Origin: Candidatus Obscuribacterales bacterium
GTDB taxonomy: Bacteria > Cyanobacteriota > Vampirovibrionia > Obscuribacterales > Obscuribacteraceae
NCBI GenBank assembly: GCA_965228855.1
Contig: CBDDIJ010000002.1
Coordinates: 96,001-160,000, forward strand
Reading direction: 5' to 3'
DNA length: 64,000 nucleotides
In this document: positions 51,102 to 61,634 of the stretch, piece after piece
How the letters are laid out: every line of letters starts with the position of its first letter
Position numbering within the stretch: position 1 is the first letter of the stretch
Translations under genes and position numbers: made by a program
Notes under the pieces: model-generated
Told to the model about the DNA's origin: nothing
Database searches by the model: none
Seen by the model: the letters and a program-made list of their open reading frames with translations, nothing else

Positions 51102-52178
51102 ATGCAATTACACCGGACCGCCGTTTTGTGCGCCCTGGCGGCGCTTACAGTGCTGTCTACAAACAGTTCCGTGCGCGCCAATGCAAGGGCTGCGGATGCG
51201 GTTTCAACCTCAGTCGCGACCGACCTCCAGGATTGGAAGGATGCGAAACGCAACCGCATCGTGCCGGTCAAACTCTATCTTCCGACCTCAAAGCAAGGTG
51301 GTCCGTCCCCGGTTCTCATCTTCTCGCACGGTCTGGGCGGCAGTCGTGACGCCGCTCAATACCTCGGTGAATATCTCGCAAAGAAAGGCTACATCTGCGT
51401 GCACGTGCAGCACCCCGGAAGCGATACCGCAGTAGCAAGAGCCGCAATTTTCTCAAACAAAGGCGCCGCCGGTGGTGGCGGACTCAATGCACTTCGCGAA
51501 ATGCGTAATGGGTTCAGCAAAGAAAAATTTAGCGGCGTCAGAGCCGAACTCGGCAAAGCCGCGAATGGTCAAAACCTGATTCTGCGCGTTCAAGATATTT
51601 CGTTCGTTATTGACGAACTCGAACGCAGAAATAAAACAGATCCGCTCCTTGCGAAACGGCTTGATTTGTCGAAAATCGCTGTTGCCGGTCATTCATTCGG
51701 CGCAGGAACAGCGCTCGCGATTTGTGGACAAAACTATGGAACAGCAGCGAATCCTCGCACGGCTACAGACCCAAGAGTTAAGGCAGGCATTTATCTCAGC
51801 GCGCCGGTAAACGTCCGCGGCCGCGAACTCTCCGACGTCTACGGTCACGTGAAAGTCCCGGGCATAGTGATGACCGGCACCGAAGATTCGAGTCCGATTG
51901 GAAACACAAGTGCCGAAGCCAGACGAATCCCATTCGACGGAATATCAGCTCCGCATCAGTATCTCGTCAACTTCATCGGCGGAGACCACGCCATTTTCGG
52001 AGGACGTTCTTTCCGTCCGCAGAAATCCGGAGACGAACAATTTCATCAACAGATCAATCAAATCGTCGGCGAATTTCTGGACGCCTACTTGCTAGGCGAC
52101 AAGTCGGCGCAAGCATGGCTTGACGGCGACGGCGCGAAAAACTACTTCTCCAAATCGGCGAAATTCGAGCGAAAGTAA
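51102..52178 (+). CDS. secreted alpha/beta hydrolase (PAF-acetylhydrolase/dienelactone hydrolase-like)
   Basis: SHGLGGS, GHSFG, TGTED, DHAIF. Confidence 0.9.
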   Translation: MQLHRTAVLCALAALTVLSTNSSVRANARAADAVSTSVATDLQDWKDAKRNRIVPVKLYLPTSKQGGPSPVLIFSHGLGGSRDAAQYLGEYLAKKGYICVHVQHPGSDTAVARAAIFSNKGAAGGGGLNALREMRNGFSKEKFSGVRAELGKAANGQNLILRVQDISFVIDELERRNKTDPLLAKRLDLSKIAVAGHSFGAGTALAICGQNYGTAANPRTATDPRVKAGIYLSAPVNVRGRELSDVYGHVKVPGIVMTGTEDSSPIGNTSAEARRIPFDGISAPHQYLVNFIGGDHAIFGGRSFRPQKSGDEQFHQQINQIVGEFLDAYLLGDKSAQAWLDGDGAKNYFSKSAKFERK

Positions 52179-52195
52179 TCCACAGAAATTCCAAG

Positions 52196-52774
52196 TCACC
52201 AACGACCCGGCGCTTCAGCCGCTGGTCCGAGCAGCGCTTTATCGCCACCACCCAAACGCATCGCATATTCGACGTCTTCAAACGTTGTTGTTGTTCTCGC
52301 GACCTCAGGTTTCGTGATTCTGAGCGGAGCTGGCGGGTCCATTCGGAATAAAATGTTGTTTTTCAACACAATCGGAACGATCATCGCTATTCCAGCGTTG
52401 GCGGGTCTGACTATGTCCTGCGCGGGCTGCCGCATGCGCCCTGGAAAATTCACTCGTCCGACGTGCGCGAGGTCAGCCAGCGGCATCTCCTTTGCCGGGA
52501 CTACTTTCGTACACCGCGGCTCCTTAAACTCTACAAGAAAGTCCACCGCATGCGGAGCGACGACAGACCCAGTTCGGCATGTGATGCTCTTGATGTTTTT
52601 GCCGTGCTCTTTTCCAACCGCTTTGAGCAACTCCGAGAAAGTCATCGTTCCAGCATCGAAGACTGCAGGAGGTTGACTCTTCGGACCAAACATCAAAACG
52701 CCGTATGCAAGCCCCGAAACTATCGCGACGGTTCCGACGATCAAAGTCATACTTGTTAGCGAATTCTTTTGCAT
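52196..52774 (-). CDS. membrane-anchored hypothetical protein, paralog family A
   Basis: TM then MTFSELL...IKSITC...FLVEFKEP; start uncertain. Confidence 0.65.
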   Translation of the reverse strand: MQKNSLTSMTLIVGTVAIVSGLAYGVLMFGPKSQPPAVFDAGTMTFSELLKAVGKEHGKNIKSITCRTGSVVAPHAVDFLVEFKEPRCTKVVPAKEMPLADLAHVGRVNFPGRMRQPAQDIVRPANAGIAMIVPIVLKNNILFRMDPPAPLRITKPEVARTTTTFEDVEYAMRLGGGDKALLGPAAEAPGRW

Positions 52775-52971
52775 AGTTCTTTTTACCAATTCCTGCTCAA
52801 AGCGAAACAGCAAAAGATCACCCAAAGATCACCCCCCAATTCCGTTTTAAAAGTAGGCACATGCGGGAAAATCTCAGGTTCAAGATTTTGGACAGCTTCA
52901 AAACTCAGCGAATTTAAACACAGACCTCCAAAACTGCACAATCTCCTCCTGGCACCACATCCGGTATTATA

Positions 52972-55197
52972 ATGCGAAAGAACTCGAAATCGGTCCCTAT
53001 CACAATCGCAGTGCTAATCGGCATGGCGGCTTTGCCCACAGCCGCCCAATGCGCAGACCAATCCAATGTTGGCGAGTCCAATAAAGCGATTGGAAAAATG
53101 ATGGATCAGATATTACTTCCGAGCTTTTCTGAGGAGCAAAAGAAAAAGCTGGAGAAGGCCGTCCGTGATTCACTCGACATAAGAACGCTCATAAATCAGG
53201 GCGACACTGCTTTTTCCGCAGAAGACTATTGCAAGTCGGCTAATTTTTACAGACGAGCTTTCTATGCAGGAAAACTGCTCGGGGAATACGATCATAAGCT
53301 TGGAAAGACGTTGGACTCTCTGCTAACCATAGACTTCAGGCTGAAGCTCGCAAAAAGCGAAATGTTGATGGCCAGCTACACCCAAGCATTGGAAAACTTG
53401 GAGGAACTGCGAAAAGACTTACCGGGCAATGAGTTGAACTCAGTGAAAACATTGAACGCAATCGCAGAAATTCACTACACAAACGGTCGATTTGAAGACG
53501 CGCAAGAGTCCTTAAATCTATCGACAAAGATCGCAGTGGACAACAAACTGTCCGATGCGTCTGTGGTCGAAACAAAACTTCTCGCTGCTATTATCGAACT
53601 TGCAGCAGACTCTCCCTTAGGTGGAATCAAACGATTTACAGAAATTGCGTCTGAAGCGGAACCGTTTGGCAAACCCGGAAAACAAGTTCAAGTAAGGGCA
53701 GCACTGGAACAAGCTAAACTCTACGAATCACGGTACCTTCTATCCAAGGCGAAAGAACGCGCTCAATTCGCATTGGAACTGAGCACCAAAGCGTTTGGTT
53801 CAAACAGTCTCGAAGCCGCAGACTGCATGACTTTTCTTGGCCTCCTTCTTCCACCGCTCGAGGGTAAAACACTCATTTCGAAAGCCGCTTCCATTCAGGC
53901 GCTTCATTTAGAAACAATGAGTCATCCTGCCGTGGCAAACACAATCCTCGCTCTGTCTGAGAACAAATCATTTAACTGCCGAGAAACTGAACTACTTTGT
54001 ACATCGGCTCTCGCTTCTATCGATGGAGTAATCAGCGACGAGAGCCCGCTACGTCAACATGGGTTGAGATTGCTGGCGTATGCTCAACTCAATGCTGATA
54101 AGAATCTGCAAGCGCTGAACACTTCCAAACTAAATTTACAGATAACGGAAAAGCTCTATAGCACTGAATCTCTGAAGTACGCCCGAGCACTTATAGACAG
54201 AGCAGTGTGTCTCGAAAAGTCAAATTTTTACACAAGCTCCACCGCTCGAATCGAAGGTGCAAAAGATGATACAGAAACTGAGGCAGCGCAGTCTGAGGGA
54301 GTCCAGCTTGCGGATCAAGCATACGAACTTATTCAGAAACTCACCGGAGCTGAGAGCTTAAATAGCGCCTCATGTCTAAGTACAAAATCCTGGATGCTGC
54401 TGTTGGCGAAAGAAAGAACTGATGCTAAGGAAGCAGCAAAACAAGCATTGAGGATCTGTGACAAGAGTCCGGATGCTGCCGGTGCGTCAACTGTTAGAGG
54501 ACGTGTAACCGCAGTAATCAGGCACATCGCAATAGAAGACAAAGACTGGAAATTAGCGCAAGAAGGACTAGCATCAAGCATGCTTGGAACCATCGAGCAA
54601 TTCGGAATTTGCAGCAAGAATTTCTTTGACATCCTAAAAGACTCGAACAAAATCCAGGAGAGCCTGAGCATCGCGAAAGACGAAGGCGAAGAAGAGGAAG
54701 TCGAAGAAGCCGAAGATGGTTCGCGACGTACGATAATTAAAGAGTCACTATCACTTCTTATCCTTCAGACGCTACCAACCGAGGAAACGGGCCTCGCGGG
54801 TTCAATGTCAATGCTCGCGAATTACTACGGAGGATTCGGCAAAGGCGAACCAGCTGCCAAAAGAGAAGCATCCCTGAAATCGCTTCTCAAAGGCGAACAA
54901 AAAGTCTATGGACCAGATAGCCCAAGACTAACTCGGCAACTCGTAGATCTAGGAAGTTTCTACCAATCGCAAAAGAAATTCGCTATGTCAGAGGAGTACT
55001 TTGCTAAAGCTGAGATGAATATCCAGTTGGGTCTTGGCGCCGACCATCCTGAACTACTGCTCGTCCTTCCCAAATACGCAGCGATGCTGCGAGAAAAAGG
55101 AGACCAGAAAGGCGCTGATTCAAAAGAACTCCTCGCAGACAGCATTCGCACCAAGTACGAAATCCCGAAGCCTAAACCTCGGATAATTCCAGAGTAG
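52972..55197 (+). CDS. secreted TPR-repeat protein
   Basis: Signal peptide, many TPR-like helices (YGPDSP, LGADHP). Confidence 0.85.
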   Translation: MRKNSKSVPITIAVLIGMAALPTAAQCADQSNVGESNKAIGKMMDQILLPSFSEEQKKKLEKAVRDSLDIRTLINQGDTAFSAEDYCKSANFYRRAFYAGKLLGEYDHKLGKTLDSLLTIDFRLKLAKSEMLMASYTQALENLEELRKDLPGNELNSVKTLNAIAEIHYTNGRFEDAQESLNLSTKIAVDNKLSDASVVETKLLAAIIELAADSPLGGIKRFTEIASEAEPFGKPGKQVQVRAALEQAKLYESRYLLSKAKERAQFALELSTKAFGSNSLEAADCMTFLGLLLPPLEGKTLISKAASIQALHLETMSHPAVANTILALSENKSFNCRETELLCTSALASIDGVISDESPLRQHGLRLLAYAQLNADKNLQALNTSKLNLQITEKLYSTESLKYARALIDRAVCLEKSNFYTSSTARIEGAKDDTETEAAQSEGVQLADQAYELIQKLTGAESLNSASCLSTKSWMLLLAKERTDAKEAAKQALRICDKSPDAAGASTVRGRVTAVIRHIAIEDKDWKLAQEGLASSMLGTIEQFGICSKNFFDILKDSNKIQESLSIAKDEGEEEEVEEAEDGSRRTIIKESLSLLILQTLPTEETGLAGSMSMLANYYGGFGKGEPAAKREASLKSLLKGEQKVYGPDSPRLTRQLVDLGSFYQSQKKFAMSEEYFAKAEMNIQLGLGADHPELLLVLPKYAAMLREKGDQKGADSKELLADSIRTKYEIPKPKPRIIPE

Positions 55198-55219
55198 AAT
55201 ATGAACGAGAAATGAACCT

Positions 55220-55870
55220 TCAACTCCTGCCAGGAGCGCCTGACAGTCCTGACAGCGCAAAGTCAGTAAGCCGCATCAGCGCCTCGTCTACATTGAATTC
55301 GGACGCATCAGCATACCGCTCACGAATCAACTTTTGCCGCGTCAAAAAACATACTATTAAACTGAGCATAAACTCAAATCGCCACTCGTGATCAGCCTCT
55401 TCGAGAGTCGGATTCACTCGTCGAAACGCATCGATAAATCTGTTACGACAAGCCGCAAAGTTTTTGTCTACTAATGTGTAAACGGGTTCCGGCTCCATCT
55501 GCGCTCTTCCAAGGAATTGAGCAAGAACTTCTCCGCTCTTCCCACGCTTTTTCACCATCCGAATCGGCGGTTCGTAAAACGCTTGTATGACATCAACGAG
55601 CTTGATCCGCTTGCGAGCCAGAACCTCGTCAAGCCGCTTCAGCTGTTCCTCTACAACTGGAGCAGCGAATCGTTCCACGACCGCGACGAACAAATCCTCC
55701 TTGTCACCAAAGTGATAAGCAATCGCGGCAACGTTTACATCAGCATCCTTAATGATGCCTCTCAGCGAAGTCCCGACGTAGCCGAAATTCGCAAAGTGAC
55801 GTTCTGCAACATTGAGAATATGTTCTCGCGTGCTAGCTTTTGACTGCGTCTTCACTGAGTGCTGCTCCAA
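55220..55870 (-). CDS. TetR/AcrR family regulator (PsrA-like)
   Basis: TREHILNVAERHFANFG...VNVAAIAYHFGDKEDL. Confidence 0.93.
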   Translation of the reverse strand: MEQHSVKTQSKASTREHILNVAERHFANFGYVGTSLRGIIKDADVNVAAIAYHFGDKEDLFVAVVERFAAPVVEEQLKRLDEVLARKRIKLVDVIQAFYEPPIRMVKKRGKSGEVLAQFLGRAQMEPEPVYTLVDKNFAACRNRFIDAFRRVNPTLEEADHEWRFEFMLSLIVCFLTRQKLIRERYADASEFNVDEALMRLTDFALSGLSGAPGRS

Positions 55871-55922
55871 ATTGTTGAAAACAGTTTAGCACCTATTGTC
55901 AATTAGATGATTCAAGCGTATG

Positions 55923-55942
55923 ATTCAATCATCCGATTGAAT
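55923..55942. promoter_or_regulatory. candidate TetR operator
   Basis: ATTCAATC-ATCC-GATTGAAT palindrome in the divergent intergenic region. Confidence 0.65.
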
Positions 55943-56026
55943 TTCACCAGGCACGGGCACCACCCTTGCCGCCTGCCGCGCTCTGGCACAATTCCATGCG
56001 CGGCGACACACCAGCACGGAGGGCAC

Positions 56027-57079
56027 ATGAACACATCCATAAGCCGACGAGATGAACGCGGTCGCATTCTCGACGAAAACACAGCCAGGTATAAGCTAAA
56101 CGATATCTTCTGCGCTGCCTGGTTAAGCCACGCCCTAACTGCATTGATTGACAATAACGTCTTTGACACCATTGAAGATAAACCGATGAGCGCCGATGAA
56201 ATCGCACAGAAGAACGGCTTGCACGCCCCATCGCTGTACCGCGCGATGCGAGCCGCAGCCGCCAACGGAATTCTGGTGGAACACGAAGATGGGGTGTTTG
56301 AGCACAATGACGGGTCCCGCCTGCTTCAAAGCAATCATCCGCATAGCTGGAAAGGCATGGCGAAGATGTGGAATCACAAGTCATGCCTAGCTGCATGGGG
56401 AGAGCTTTCCAGCGTTCTAAAGGACGGACAAAGTGGAATAAAACACGCATTCGGCAAAACTCTCTATGAACATCTTGCAGAAGTTGAAGGAGGCACCAAT
56501 GCCTTCTCCGATGCAATGATCAGTAACTCCACCCACACATCAATGGCAATCGCGAAAGCATTTCCGTTCAGTAGATTCAAAACGGTGCTAGACCTTGGTG
56601 GCGGCATTGGAACCTTACTGGCTGCCATTCTCGAAGAACACAAACACATCGAGGGAATCAATTTTGAAATACCGGAACTGCAACAAGCCGCAGAAGAATA
56701 TCTTGGACAGCGACGTCTGCGAGATCGATTGAAAACAGTGGTAGGCAATTTCCTGGAAAACATACCGCCTGATGTCGATCTCTACATGATCAAAAACTCG
56801 CTCTGGAACTGGGATGACGAGAACTGCAAGATAATAGTTCAGAACGTTCGCGACGCGATTGGCGACAATCGCGACAGTCGGTTTCTCATAATTGAATACA
56901 TCATAGATGAACAGAACGCGCCGTGGACGACGCTATACGACTTGCAGATTCTCAACATGCCCGGCGGTCGCGCACGAACAATCGAAGAGTATATGGAACT
57001 TCTTGCTCGCAAAGGCTTCCTCGTCGAATCAGTTGAATTTGTCCAGGACCAAACGCTCTTGCTTGCCAGACCAATCTAA
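56027..57079 (+). CDS. SAM-dependent O-methyltransferase with dimerisation domain
   Basis: LDLGGGIG, VGNF, DLYMIKNSLWNWDD, GGRART; GGAGG RBS. Confidence 0.93.
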   Translation: MNTSISRRDERGRILDENTARYKLNDIFCAAWLSHALTALIDNNVFDTIEDKPMSADEIAQKNGLHAPSLYRAMRAAAANGILVEHEDGVFEHNDGSRLLQSNHPHSWKGMAKMWNHKSCLAAWGELSSVLKDGQSGIKHAFGKTLYEHLAEVEGGTNAFSDAMISNSTHTSMAIAKAFPFSRFKTVLDLGGGIGTLLAAILEEHKHIEGINFEIPELQQAAEEYLGQRRLRDRLKTVVGNFLENIPPDVDLYMIKNSLWNWDDENCKIIVQNVRDAIGDNRDSRFLIIEYIIDEQNAPWTTLYDLQILNMPGGRARTIEEYMELLARKGFLVESVEFVQDQTLLLARPI

Positions 57080-57340
57080 AAGCCATGAGCCGGTCAAGCA
57101 AACTGCGGCAGCGCTTTATGAACGTCGTCCTCTGCACTTGAACAGGTCGGACTCCCGCGACGAGCGCGCGGCGTGACGGCGCGTAACGTTTGCTTTCGTA
57201 CTGCGACACCGGAGCGCCTTACCGATTTATAATCATTGCCTCTCCAGTCGACGGAGTGTTCGCAACTTGGGCGGTCAGTGCCGCGGTTCAGGCGATGAAC
57301 ACCCTCTCTGGACGTTCATCGCACGCCCTAAGGAGGCACC

Positions 57341-58465
57341 ATGCCGAGCATCGAACGCGAATTCCTCATGATTCCTGGTCCGACACCTGTTCCGGATCGA
57401 GTCCTCGCCGCTATCGCGAAGCACCCGCTGGGTCACCGCAGCCCGGACTTCTCCGATATCTTGATGGAAGCAATCGACGGTCTCAAGTGGTTCGGCGACA
57501 CACAAAACGAGCCCCTCATCCTCACTTCGTCGGGAACAGGCGGAATGGACGGCGCGATCGCGAACACTGTGAATCGTGGCGAAAAGGTATTAAGCCTGGT
57601 TTGCGGAGTATTCGGCGAACGTTTCGCAAAAATCTCCGAAGCCTACGGCGCTGACGTAACCAGACTGAAAGCCGAATACGGTAAACCGATCGATCCCGAG
57701 GCAGTAAGAGAAGCGCTAGCCAAGGACACAAAGAAAGAGATCAAAGCTGTCACAGTCACACATAATGAAACATCGACCGGCGTAATCAATGATTTAAAAA
57801 CCATCGCTCAAATCGTAAAAGAGCATGGCGCCTTGATCCTCGTCGACGCAGTTACGAGTTTCGGCGCGACACCTGTTCCGATCGACGAGTGGAAACTCGA
57901 CATTGTCGTGACTGGAAGCCAGAAAGCGCTGATGCTTCCGCCTGGTCTCGGCTTCGCATTCGTGAGCGAAGACGCCTGGAAAGCAGTCGAGAAGTCGACA
58001 CAGCCGCGTTTTTATCTCGACTTCAAAAAATATTTAAAGTCTCAGAAGGAACGCACAACACCGTTCACGCCTAACGTTTCATTCATCGCCGGTTTGACCG
58101 AATCGATCAAAATGATGAAAGAAGAAGGCAAAGAAAATATCTTCAAACGCCATCTGCATCTTCGCGATACTCTCAGAGCGGGCGTTCGCGAACTCGGTTT
58201 AAAAACCGTTGTAGACGATTCGTGCGCATCGCCAACTATTACATCGATCTGGCCACCAGATTCAATCGATGTACCGACCATTCGAAAACAGCTCAAGGAG
58301 CGCTTCCGCATCACCGTCGCAGACGGACAGGAAGAGCTAAAGGGCAAAATTTTCCGCATGGGACACATGGGATATGTTTTCGAACGAGACCTGGGAATGG
58401 CTCTCTATGCGCTTAAGCAGATAGTTGGTAAACCAGCGGCGAAGAAAGAAGAAGCGCACGTTTAA
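57341..58465 (+). CDS. class V PLP aminotransferase (alanine-glyoxylate/serine-pyruvate family)
   Basis: MIPGPTPVP, HNETSTG, DAVTS, GSQKALMLPPG, FRMGHMG. Confidence 0.95.
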   Translation: MPSIEREFLMIPGPTPVPDRVLAAIAKHPLGHRSPDFSDILMEAIDGLKWFGDTQNEPLILTSSGTGGMDGAIANTVNRGEKVLSLVCGVFGERFAKISEAYGADVTRLKAEYGKPIDPEAVREALAKDTKKEIKAVTVTHNETSTGVINDLKTIAQIVKEHGALILVDAVTSFGATPVPIDEWKLDIVVTGSQKALMLPPGLGFAFVSEDAWKAVEKSTQPRFYLDFKKYLKSQKERTTPFTPNVSFIAGLTESIKMMKEEGKENIFKRHLHLRDTLRAGVRELGLKTVVDDSCASPTITSIWPPDSIDVPTIRKQLKERFRITVADGQEELKGKIFRMGHMGYVFERDLGMALYALKQIVGKPAAKKEEAHV

Positions 58466-58613
58466 AATCTGCGCCGAAGCAAATCAGATTTTGATATCTA
58501 ATCAGTTTGGTTCAGAAACTTTCTGGGTCGAATAGTCGTGACTGTTTAGCTCCGAAAGGGCTGTTTTTGGGCACAATAATGGAACACCGCCTATTACCCG
58601 GAGCGCCCATAAA

Positions 58614-59159
58614 ATGACCGGAGATTCGAGAAAGGATGCACCGCCGCCGATGTCCCTGAAAGAGTATCAGGAGTACCAGCAAGCCGAGAAAGACATCGAG
58701 CGCATCAAAGACATGGTGATCAATTTGGCGCATGAGCACGCGTCGAAGTATCTTGGTCCACCGGATTTGAACTTGTGGAAGCAAGAGTTGGCGTACCTGA
58801 AGAAAAATCCACTCGATCCGGAGCGGCGCGAATTGCTTTTGACACTGGCGAAATCAGCTAGCTTCATGCCCATGTCGTGGAAAGACTTTCCGGAAAGTTA
58901 CGCGGTGCGATCCTATTTTTCGGAAAATTTAGAGCGATTGATCGGTGAGTTTGGTCATGAAGAGGTTCATCAACTCTTGCTCGAATATTTTGCTGGTGCG
59001 ATCCGCCTTGAGGAAAACCGCGACGACAAGTCGGCGACGGTTTTCTCCAACAAGAAGTTGTGTGCCGCATTTCGGCTGGTCATGAGCGTCGGCGCATGTG
59101 ACGCGGTAAAACAAATTTACGCGACTGAATATGAGGCGCCAGAGGCGGAAGAAACATAG
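58614..59159 (+). CDS. hypothetical protein
   Basis: GGAG RBS, helical ORF. Confidence 0.65.
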   Translation: MTGDSRKDAPPPMSLKEYQEYQQAEKDIERIKDMVINLAHEHASKYLGPPDLNLWKQELAYLKKNPLDPERRELLLTLAKSASFMPMSWKDFPESYAVRSYFSENLERLIGEFGHEEVHQLLLEYFAGAIRLEENRDDKSATVFSNKKLCAAFRLVMSVGACDAVKQIYATEYEAPEAEET

Positions 59160-59275
59160 TGATCGAACGGTGATCGCAGGTCGATGTTATTTGTTAAACG
59201 TTCGCGCAAAGGCTATACTGCTGAGGTAATCGGTATTACAATCACCTTGAAACCTTGCAGGTCACGGGGCCAAAT

Positions 59276-60316
59276 ATGAAGAGGTTTAAGAGCAGCAAAC
59301 GCTCGACGCAAAACCGCAAACAGCGCCTCAAGCCGCTTCTGCAGATAGCGACCGTAGTCGCCGGCGCGCTGCTCGTCGCGGGCGGCGCCCCACAGCCAGC
59401 AAACGCCTATTACTACTACCCGTTCTATTACCGTGGCATTTCGAATCTTCTGTATCCACTGAGATACGCTTCGTACGGGCTTTTCGGACTGGGCGGACCT
59501 GTGAGTTCGTGGACTTCGGCGTCGCCGTATCGCCTCGCGACCGGCAGGTTGACTGGCTATCCGTATATGTACGGTCCGCAGACAATGATGAATTATCAGG
59601 ACCCCGAACCCTACTATCAGCCGAGAAACCGCGTCAAACAGAAGCGTCTCGGGCAAGAATTCGGCGTTGATGAAGTCAACCATGCGCAATGGGCGGACGG
59701 AAACGACGACGCCCGACTCGCCACAGCGCCACCGCAGGCGGTGCAAGGCGGTTACGCTCAAGGCGCGACTCCCGGTCAGATTTCGTACAGTGGTGCGCCT
59801 CCTATATATCCAGCTGGAGCAGGTTTGCCCACGGCGACTCCCACTCAGTTCGGCATTCCCGCCGGCTATTCCCTGGTGCCAAATGGTTTGCCGACTACTC
59901 CAACTCCAGGACCCGACGGCATGCCGCCCACGCCACCGCCCATGGTATCAAAGGGTCCGGTGTCGCTTGCGCCGAACGCGCATGATCTATCTCCAATCGC
60001 AGCGGGTGGAACACCGAGAGCCCCACTAGCAGACGGTTTCGTTAATCACGTCAACACTCAATTTGGCGGCAATATAGAAACAGCACTCTTTGATCCATCC
60101 ACTCGAAAATATGCAAAAGTTTTAGGTCTTGTTTCCGACGACAACTTATTCGGCATGGACTTCACGAACACGCGAGTCGAACTCATCAAACAGATTTTCA
60201 ATGACACGTCGATTGACAGCGTCAGCAAACTAGGCGCAATCAAGATTTTGTTGAACGGTAGCGCAGCAAACTCAGCGCCCGCGAAGAACACCAATGGCGC
60301 GAACCGCGCTAAGTAG
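59276..60316 (+). CDS. secreted Tyr/Pro-rich hypothetical protein
   Basis: Basic N-region plus signal (ANA), Pro-rich linker. Confidence 0.75.
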   Translation: MKRFKSSKRSTQNRKQRLKPLLQIATVVAGALLVAGGAPQPANAYYYYPFYYRGISNLLYPLRYASYGLFGLGGPVSSWTSASPYRLATGRLTGYPYMYGPQTMMNYQDPEPYYQPRNRVKQKRLGQEFGVDEVNHAQWADGNDDARLATAPPQAVQGGYAQGATPGQISYSGAPPIYPAGAGLPTATPTQFGIPAGYSLVPNGLPTTPTPGPDGMPPTPPPMVSKGPVSLAPNAHDLSPIAAGGTPRAPLADGFVNHVNTQFGGNIETALFDPSTRKYAKVLGLVSDDNLFGMDFTNTRVELIKQIFNDTSIDSVSKLGAIKILLNGSAANSAPAKNTNGANRAK

Positions 60317-60649
60317 CACAGATTAGAACTTAGCTGAGAAGTAGGTAATGGCAGGTTAATCAAGGCTGGCATTGCAGCGCTCCACCTCTTTACAGCCGCT
60401 TCAAACAGGCAACTGGCGCGGTCCCGGCAAATAGGTTTCCAGCGACGAAGTTTTTCGCAGACAGTCAGCCCTAATTGAATACAGTAGATGCCTGTAATTA
60501 GACTGATGATACTTATTTCGTTTCTGATTCAAAAACCTGACTTTCTAATAGCTCACAACTAGGCATCCTCCACCTCGAAGAACCACCAATCATGCGGCTT
60601 AGCGCTTGATTGGACTTGTCGTGGTCGCTGCAAATCGAAAGGAACCCTC

Positions 60650-61285
60650 ATGTCCGCGCCGAAAGACCGCTTCGCGAGTCTTCCGGCTTTGATGTCCGAG
60701 CTTTCGGAAAACAAAGACTTCGTCATCCGCTCCCGCAAAAGGCGCAGCAAGGTGACGGTAATCTCTCCCCACGGCGGCTACATCGAACCTGGTACTTCTG
60801 CAATCGCGGAAGCTGTCGCGGGGCGGACTTTCAACTTCTTCGACTTCCAGGGGCTCCAGGTTGAAAAACCATGGGAACTCCATGTGACGTCGACGAAGTT
60901 CCGCCATCCGACGCTTGATGTGCTGCTTTCGCGGTCGGTGCATGCGGTTTCGATTCACGGGATGGGAAAGGTCGACAGCTGGAACATCTGGCTGGGCGGT
61001 CTCAACACCTCGCTGAAAACCCGCATCGCAGAGTCGCTCACGAAGGAAGGCTTCGCGGTTCTCACTGAATTTCCGAAGTACAAGGGCGCCAATCCACGCA
61101 ACGTCGTGAACCTCGCCCAGAATAAAGGTGTTCAGCTCGAGCTGCCGTGCGACCTCATCGACGCAATGTTCGTCAAGGGAGAAACGTTTTCCGGTCCCGG
61201 CACAAAGCCAAAGACCACCCAACTGTTCAAGCGTTTCGTAAAAGCACTACGAACCGCCATTCTTGCCGAAACAGGGGCGCGCTGA
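60650..61285 (+). CDS. poly-gamma-glutamate hydrolase family protein (DUF867/PghP-like)
   Basis: PHGGYIEPGTS, LHVTSTKF, SIHG, GVQLEL. Confidence 0.88.
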   Translation: MSAPKDRFASLPALMSELSENKDFVIRSRKRRSKVTVISPHGGYIEPGTSAIAEAVAGRTFNFFDFQGLQVEKPWELHVTSTKFRHPTLDVLLSRSVHAVSIHGMGKVDSWNIWLGGLNTSLKTRIAESLTKEGFAVLTEFPKYKGANPRNVVNLAQNKGVQLELPCDLIDAMFVKGETFSGPGTKPKTTQLFKRFVKALRTAILAETGAR

Positions 61286-61327
61286 TGATGATGCTAAGGC
61301 ATCTCCCGCGCCCCTCACCACAACATT

Positions 61328-61612
61328 TTCCTACTATATGCCGAAGTTTCTCCTTTCTCCCAAATCGCCTGCAAACAGGGCGTTTCGAGCAATGCCCTCC
61401 GCACCCGCCCCTTCTTTGTCTACGCCAGAGCGCCGGATTTCGCCAAATCCGTCTACGCCAGAGCGCCAAGACATTCTACTATATCCCCAAGTATCTACCT
61501 TCTCCAGGAGAGCCCGTGTCTAGAGCGTTTCGAGCAATGCCCTCCTCCGTTCCCCTCCTTTGTCTACGCCAGAGCGCCGGATTTCGCCAAATCCGTCTAC
61601 GCCAGACCGCCA
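61328..61612. repeat. Repeat element locus 11: tandem arm-core units (period about 144 bp)
   Basis: Arms 61331 and 61476; cores 61417-61468 and 61561-61612 (86/85 bp after their arms). Confidence 0.9.
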
Positions 61613-61634
61613 AACCCGAGTCCCAGGACGTAAC

